58,096 bases of DNA from a virus (lineage: Duplodnaviria; Caudoviricetes): the IMG/VR virus record IMGVR_UViG_3300032731_001278, positions 1-58,096 of that record. One strand, 5' to 3'. This document shows, piece by piece, positions 54,126-58,096 of the stretch. A program made the position numbers and the translations under genes. The notes under the pieces are model-generated. The model did not search any database, had not been told where the DNA came from, and saw nothing but the letters and a program-made list of their open reading frames with translations. How positions within the stretch are numbered: the stretch's first letter is position 1; each line of letters opens with the position of its first letter.

Positions 54126-54172
54126 GGTAGGGGTTCTCCTTTGGTTTTTGCTAGTAGATAGTAGCGTTCGCT

Positions 54173-55426
54173 CTAGTTGTTAACCAACTGAAGCTTGGGA
54201 ATCAAAACTTTTGCCGCCTGTTCTTCGAGTTCACTTCGCGCTTCGAGGCGGTCCCAGGAATGGTTGTGGGCGGCGTGGGTGACCGCGTTGTAGACGTCCG
54301 CGCGCGTGAAGCCAGGCTCGCTACCCCAGCTCCCGAGAAGAATCTCGGACATCATGTCGGGCTTGACGTGAGGAAGGGTTAGGACGGGCTCTACGCGCGT
54401 CTGCTGGCCGCGTACATCGATTTTCCGGGCGGCGAGTCGATGGAAGATGTCCTTGACGTCATCTTCGGTCCGGGCGACCCGCTCCTGGGCAGCCTGTCCG
54501 TACAGTTCGAAGAAGCGTCCGGTGTTATTGCGGACGTTCCGAATCGCCTTACGAAGAAAATCACGGATAGCGTCGATGGAACCGCGGTGGACCTGGGACA
54601 TGAGCTTGACCACGCGCTTGTTGATGAGATCCATGTTCGAGCACTTGGCGCGGAACGCGACGGCCTGAACGATGATGGAACCGCCGCCGTGGTCCGACGT
54701 GCGAACCTCGATGCCGCTCTTGAAGGTGTCGCCGGTACGCGGGGCGATGTCGGACATCCACAAGGCGCGGAGCGCCATGTCGTAGCCGTTGTAGCTACCC
54801 TCGGCGCGACAACCTTCTTCCCGCAGCGTGTCGATCATCACCTCGGCAACCAGATCGGCGTCGATAGCGGTATAACCCTCGCTGACGGCTGCGTAGGCGC
54901 TCCGACGGCCAACGCCGTTGCGGGTACGCATCACGACGGTACGGTTCTTGTCGAGTTCGGCGAGGTTGGCGATGAGCCAGTTGAAATCGCGAACGCGAAG
55001 ATGGCGGGGCGCATGCATGAGGTTGTTCACGTAGCGGCGGATCGAACCGAATTCACCGTTGCTGTCAGGCATCAGGGCGCACAGTTTGGCGCACAGCTGC
55101 TGGAAGGCGCGAGCCTCAAGATCGATAGCGTTGGATGAATCGAGCTTGCGCTCGTCGGTGACGCGAGCCAGCTGGCCGCGTGTATTGAGGAAGAAATCGC
55201 CCCACGTCATGACGTGATCTTCACGGTTCTCGGCGCGCACCGTCGAAACGATATTTCCGGCGGCATCCAGAATGCGGGGAAGCTTATTGAACTCGTCGCG
55301 CTTGCGCTGGTACTTCTCAATGGAGCGGTCGCCCGTGCCGGCATCCAAGATGGTGGGCGGCGGGCGGAAACCCAAGGCGTCGAGGTTTTCGAAGGTATTG
55401 GGGGCGTTGGTGGTTTCATTAGTCAT
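54173..55426 (-). CDS. DUF932-like phage protein
   Basis: A.VSE.Y..ID..GI.V.TSD.GGGS..V..FR..C.NM..HRG pattern. Confidence 0.65.
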   Translation of the reverse strand: MTNETTNAPNTFENLDALGFRPPPTILDAGTGDRSIEKYQRKRDEFNKLPRILDAAGNIVSTVRAENREDHVMTWGDFFLNTRGQLARVTDERKLDSSNAIDLEARAFQQLCAKLCALMPDSNGEFGSIRRYVNNLMHAPRHLRVRDFNWLIANLAELDKNRTVVMRTRNGVGRRSAYAAVSEGYTAIDADLVAEVMIDTLREEGCRAEGSYNGYDMALRALWMSDIAPRTGDTFKSGIEVRTSDHGGGSIIVQAVAFRAKCSNMDLINKRVVKLMSQVHRGSIDAIRDFLRKAIRNVRNNTGRFFELYGQAAQERVARTEDDVKDIFHRLAARKIDVRGQQTRVEPVLTLPHVKPDMMSEILLGSWGSEPGFTRADVYNAVTHAAHNHSWDRLEARSELEEQAAKVLIPKLQLVNN

Positions 55427-55458
55427 TTTTTTGTTCCTTTCAATCAACCGTTAGATAC

Positions 55459-55488
55459 GTTGTATCTTTTGTAGATACTATCTGTCAA
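55459..55488 (-). promoter_or_regulatory. Sigma70-type promoter
   Basis: TTGACA-18nt-TACAAC; an AGATAC-N3-GTATCT dyad overlaps the -10. Confidence 0.55.
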
Positions 55489-55521
55489 GGATTATTTCCA
55501 AGGTCGATCCGTTTTGGTTGA

Positions 55522-55576
55522 GAAAGAGTGGACGCGCCCAGAGTGAAATGACCAGCCCGCGAGTCTGGGCGCGTCC
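55522..55576 (-). terminator. Large-loop terminator candidate
   Basis: 13-bp stem GGACGCGCCCAGA/TCTGGGCGCGTCC, 21-nt loop, followed by ACTCTTTC. Confidence 0.45.
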
Positions 55577-55610
55577 TAACGGTTGAAAGAATCCCGCGGA
55601 CGATTTTTGA

Positions 55611-55633
55611 AAAGTTTGCAAGCCGCAAACTTT
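55611..55633. repeat. Dyad repeat copy 8 (spacer AAGCC)
   Basis: Abuts the stop codon at 55634-55636. Confidence 0.95.
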
Positions 55634-56119
55634 TTAACCACAGCTCGTTACGAGCCAAAGTTGGGGAGTTGCGTCGATACCGAGCGCGTCAAGGAAGGTT
55701 TTGACTTCGATTCGATCGGCGTCGGTAAGGGTGATAAGATTCGTGTCGTCGTGGTTGCCGCGCGTGACGTCGATTGAGGAGATAAGACCCTTTCCTAGAA
55801 TCGTATCGCCTTCTTCGTAACCACTTTCGTAACCACTTACGTGATAGCCGGCGTCGTAACCCTTCCAGTTCTTAGGTGTTACGGGCTTGACGACGGCATG
55901 CGAATATTCATCCGGGTCGAGGTCGTAGTTTTTGATCTCGTGCGCTTTCTCTTTCATAGCAGCCCCGCACTTCGAGCAGAAAAGATCGTCGGGATCGCCT
56001 GTGCGCTTGCATACAGGGCACTGTGCGTATTTCTCTTCCTCGTGAGTAAGGGATTTGGGGATCATGCTTTCGTCAAGCTTGACGCCGAAAACGACCGATG
56101 CGTAGTAGGAGGTGCTCAT
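55634..56119 (-). CDS. Zinc-ribbon hypothetical protein bracketed by two identical dyads
   Basis: MSTSYY start after GAAAGGA; CPVC..FCSKCG. Confidence 0.65.
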   Translation of the reverse strand: MSTSYYASVVFGVKLDESMIPKSLTHEEEKYAQCPVCKRTGDPDDLFCSKCGAAMKEKAHEIKNYDLDPDEYSHAVVKPVTPKNWKGYDAGYHVSGYESGYEEGDTILGKGLISSIDVTRGNHDDTNLITLTDADRIEVKTFLDALGIDATPQLWLVTSCG

Positions 56120-56137
56120 TTTTTTTCTTCCTTTCGA

Positions 56138-56160
56138 AAAGTTTGCAAGCCGCAAACTTT
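56138..56160. repeat. Dyad repeat copy 9 (spacer AAGCC)
   Basis: Lies between the stop at 56177 and the RBS of the next gene. Confidence 0.95.
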
Positions 56161-56176
56161 TGATAAGTGAAATTTT

Positions 56177-56680
56177 TTACAGCCAAGCGGCCAACGCGGT
56201 CTTGAATTCGGCCGTCAAAGCGAACGTTGCTGTTTCGCCGTTGAACTTGAATTCGACGACGCTTCCTTTTGCTAACCTCTTGGCGACTTGCTTGTCTACG
56301 CCGTCGTTGATGAACATGTCGGAAGTTATCCCGGTACGCTGTTGTTCCGTAACACCGCCGAGTCCGCCGATAACCTTGTTCATCGCGTGGCTTTCGTAAG
56401 ACGTGAAGGGAATGAAACCAGCGGCCATAAGCATGGAACCGTCAACGTAGAAGTAAGCCCACGCGCTAGGTCCGACGCCGACGTTGTTCGTTCGCTTCCA
56501 GTAGATGAAAATATCCAGGTTCCCGTTGTCGTTCAGGACGATCAGTTCCGGCAACGGTACGTCAAGATCGCCTTTGATCTCGTGGGAAACGGAGGTAGCT
56601 TCCACGGAAATCCGATCCTGGCCGTACGCGGTAGTAGCTAACATACAGATAGCCAGTATCGTGATTGTCAAGTATTTCAT
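56177..56680 (-). CDS. Secreted protein with signal peptide
   Basis: AGGAG RBS; MKYLTITILAICMLATTAYG. Confidence 0.65.
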   Translation of the reverse strand: MKYLTITILAICMLATTAYGQDRISVEATSVSHEIKGDLDVPLPELIVLNDNGNLDIFIYWKRTNNVGVGPSAWAYFYVDGSMLMAAGFIPFTSYESHAMNKVIGGLGGVTEQQRTGITSDMFINDGVDKQVAKRLAKGSVVEFKFNGETATFALTAEFKTALAAWL

Positions 56681-56726
56681 CGTTGTTCTCCTAACCGCCG
56701 TTGTAAAGCGTGACGGTATCTTCTGG

Positions 56727-56755
56727 ATAGTAGTCGGTTGGTTTGTGAAAGTCAA
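56727..56755 (-). promoter_or_regulatory. Sigma70-type promoter
   Basis: TTGACT-17nt-TACTAT. Confidence 0.6.
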
Positions 56756-56762
56756 GAGCGAT

Positions 56763-57842
56763 TCAATCCGCCAACGCGTCTATCTGATCCGCCATCGTTT
56801 CTCGATTTTCAACTTTCGGCGGGTGAGCTTTGATTTTTCTAAATTTTTGGATCGTCTCTCGGTTTTTCAGAATCAGCAGTAGACCGTTGTTATAGAAACG
56901 TTGAGACCAGCTCTCAGCCTCTACCTTAGAGCCGTCGATAGCGTTTAGCATGTCTTGCTCCGTTGAGTGGTTAGAAGCGTCGTTAACGGCGTCCTGGACC
57001 GCTTCCGTTAGCTGTGTGTCGTCGGGCTCGTCCCACGTCTTGCACCAATAGATGAAAACTCGGGCTGATAACCGCTCATTCAACTCGACGCTCTTGAGTT
57101 CGCCGTAGGTCCTTATCTCGTAAACTTTCGGTTGTTGTCTATTTACCGTAGCGGAGTATCTATTAGAAGTAGTATCTTTTGTTACGCGCGCGATCCCCTC
57201 TTCTTTCTTCATTCTTTCCTTCTTTATACTTCCTTCTTTCTTACCTTCCTTATATGACAGGGGAGTTTTTGACGGGTCACCAGGGACTTCACCGGGGAAG
57301 TCACCAGGGAACTTGTTGTCTAACCTACCGGAATTACAGGTGGTTTCACCAGGGACTTCACCGGGTATTCCACCGGGGAACTTTTTTAACTCCACCGGGG
57401 AAGTTTCAGTTAGCTTATTGCCTGTTAATTCATCGTAATTCAGCACGGAAATAACGTGTCCCTTTGGGACGCCAGGAGCTTTGATTACTTTTCCGTTGTT
57501 GCTAATTTCCCGTGCGCTAGTGGTAGTCAACTTTTCAATTTTCCAACCTTGAGCGGCTACCGTTGCATTCATAAGACTTCTTGTTGTTTTAGTATCGGCG
57601 TCGATTAAATTAGCTAACTCCGGAACGGTGATCCACGCTTCCCCGCGAGACATTACGAATGAAGAATAGTTGCGAGTCTGAACGCTATCGGCGAACCTAG
57701 CTTCTTCGAGAATATAGCAAGCCATTTTAGCGGCGCGACTTTTACTCTTGTCGGGGGATCGTTCTAGTCGTCGCCACTTACGCGGTAAGCTAATTCGTCC
57801 GTCGCCGTACGGATCTTGAGCGAGTATTTCAGACGGTCGCAT
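56763..57842 (-). CDS. Phage replication initiator/replisome organiser-like protein (paralog B)
   Basis: Homologous to 4736..5749 at both ends; internal PG repeats; ends ETMADQIDALAD. Confidence 0.7.
   Translation of the reverse strand: MRPSEILAQDPYGDGRISLPRKWRRLERSPDKSKSRAAKMACYILEEARFADSVQTRNYSSFVMSRGEAWITVPELANLIDADTKTTRSLMNATVAAQGWKIEKLTTTSAREISNNGKVIKAPGVPKGHVISVLNYDELTGNKLTETSPVELKKFPGGIPGEVPGETTCNSGRLDNKFPGDFPGEVPGDPSKTPLSYKEGKKEGSIKKERMKKEEGIARVTKDTTSNRYSATVNRQQPKVYEIRTYGELKSVELNERLSARVFIYWCKTWDEPDDTQLTEAVQDAVNDASNHSTEQDMLNAIDGSKVEAESWSQRFYNNGLLLILKNRETIQKFRKIKAHPPKVENRETMADQIDALAD
57277..57403 (-). repeat. Seven 12-bp iteron-like repeats (plus-strand consensus yCACCrGGGAmn)
   Basis: Units at 57277, 57289, 57301, 57346, 57358, 57370, 57392. 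Confidence 0.85.
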
Positions 57843-58038
57843 AAAAGTACCACCCACCCCAAGGACCCCGCGACGGGTCCTTGGGCAGTTCCTGAGCGCG
57901 ACAACGATCGCAGCAAGATTGCTGCTGGAAAACGCTCTGGAACCGGGTAGTGATACTTTTCATCATCATTGTCTCCACCAACTCAATGTCGCGTTGAAGT
58001 TGATGGAGGTATCTTATCACCTCCCCGCTAAGGATCAA
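57829..58038 (-). CDS. Hypothetical protein
   Basis: 69-aa ORF; weak support. Confidence 0.35.
   Translation of the reverse strand: MILSGEVIRYLHQLQRDIELVETMMMKSITTRFQSVFQQQSCCDRCRAQELPKDPSRGPWGGWYFYATV
57858..57885 (-). promoter_or_regulatory. 11-bp hairpin ending 15 nt before the start codon
   Basis: Minus strand: CCCAAGGACCC-GTCGCG-GGGTCCTTGGG. Confidence 0.7.
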
Positions 58039-58096
58039 CTACTTCTTCAAAAATCCAAACTCATAAACGCCCGGCCGCAACCGCTCAGCTAACACC

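Noticed and set aside
4435-56160. Dyad repeats as a CRISPR array or integron attC sites
   Set aside because: Copies are dispersed over kilobases without regular spacers, and there are no RYYYAAC/GTTRRRY ends or integrase/cas genes.

Overview
A 58-kb fragment of a large dsDNA bacteriophage genome. It is densely packed, mostly on the minus strand, with many ATGA/GTGA gene overlaps. Left end: a beta-helix tail fibre/tailspike gene, a lipoprotein, a replication-initiator-like gene, and a lysis region with a GH46 chitosanase-like endolysin and membrane proteins. Middle: nucleotide and DNA metabolism and replication genes (dCMP deaminase, GIY-YIG nuclease, tRNA-Leu(UAA), SbcD, split SbcC, SSB-like protein, DnaE-type polymerase, sigma factor, DnaG primase, RuvC, SNF2 helicase, RNase HI) plus a non-autonomous IscB/omegaRNA element. 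Right: small accessory genes, RNA-repair-type genes (RtcB, pol-beta nucleotidyltransferase, phosphoesterase), dNMP kinase, SLOG, a ParB-like protein, a DUF932-like protein and a second initiator paralog. Most unusual signals: (1) a Mom-like DNA-modification gene broken by a G7 tract; losing one G would fuse it in frame to DnaE, which also has its own internal promoter; (2) nine copies of the dyad AAAGTTTGC-N5-GCAAACTTT, mostly at gene boundaries, one inside dnaE; (3) four putative DNA-binding proteins sharing a C-terminal TL/MxxQL/IxxLA/SAD peptide, two of them paralogous initiators with different internal 12-bp iteron-like repeats; (4) an Acb2/Tad1-like gene interrupted by TGA; (5) TTAGCTAA boxes inside several sigma70-type promoter spacers. 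All family calls are by-eye motif recognition; no database searches were run.
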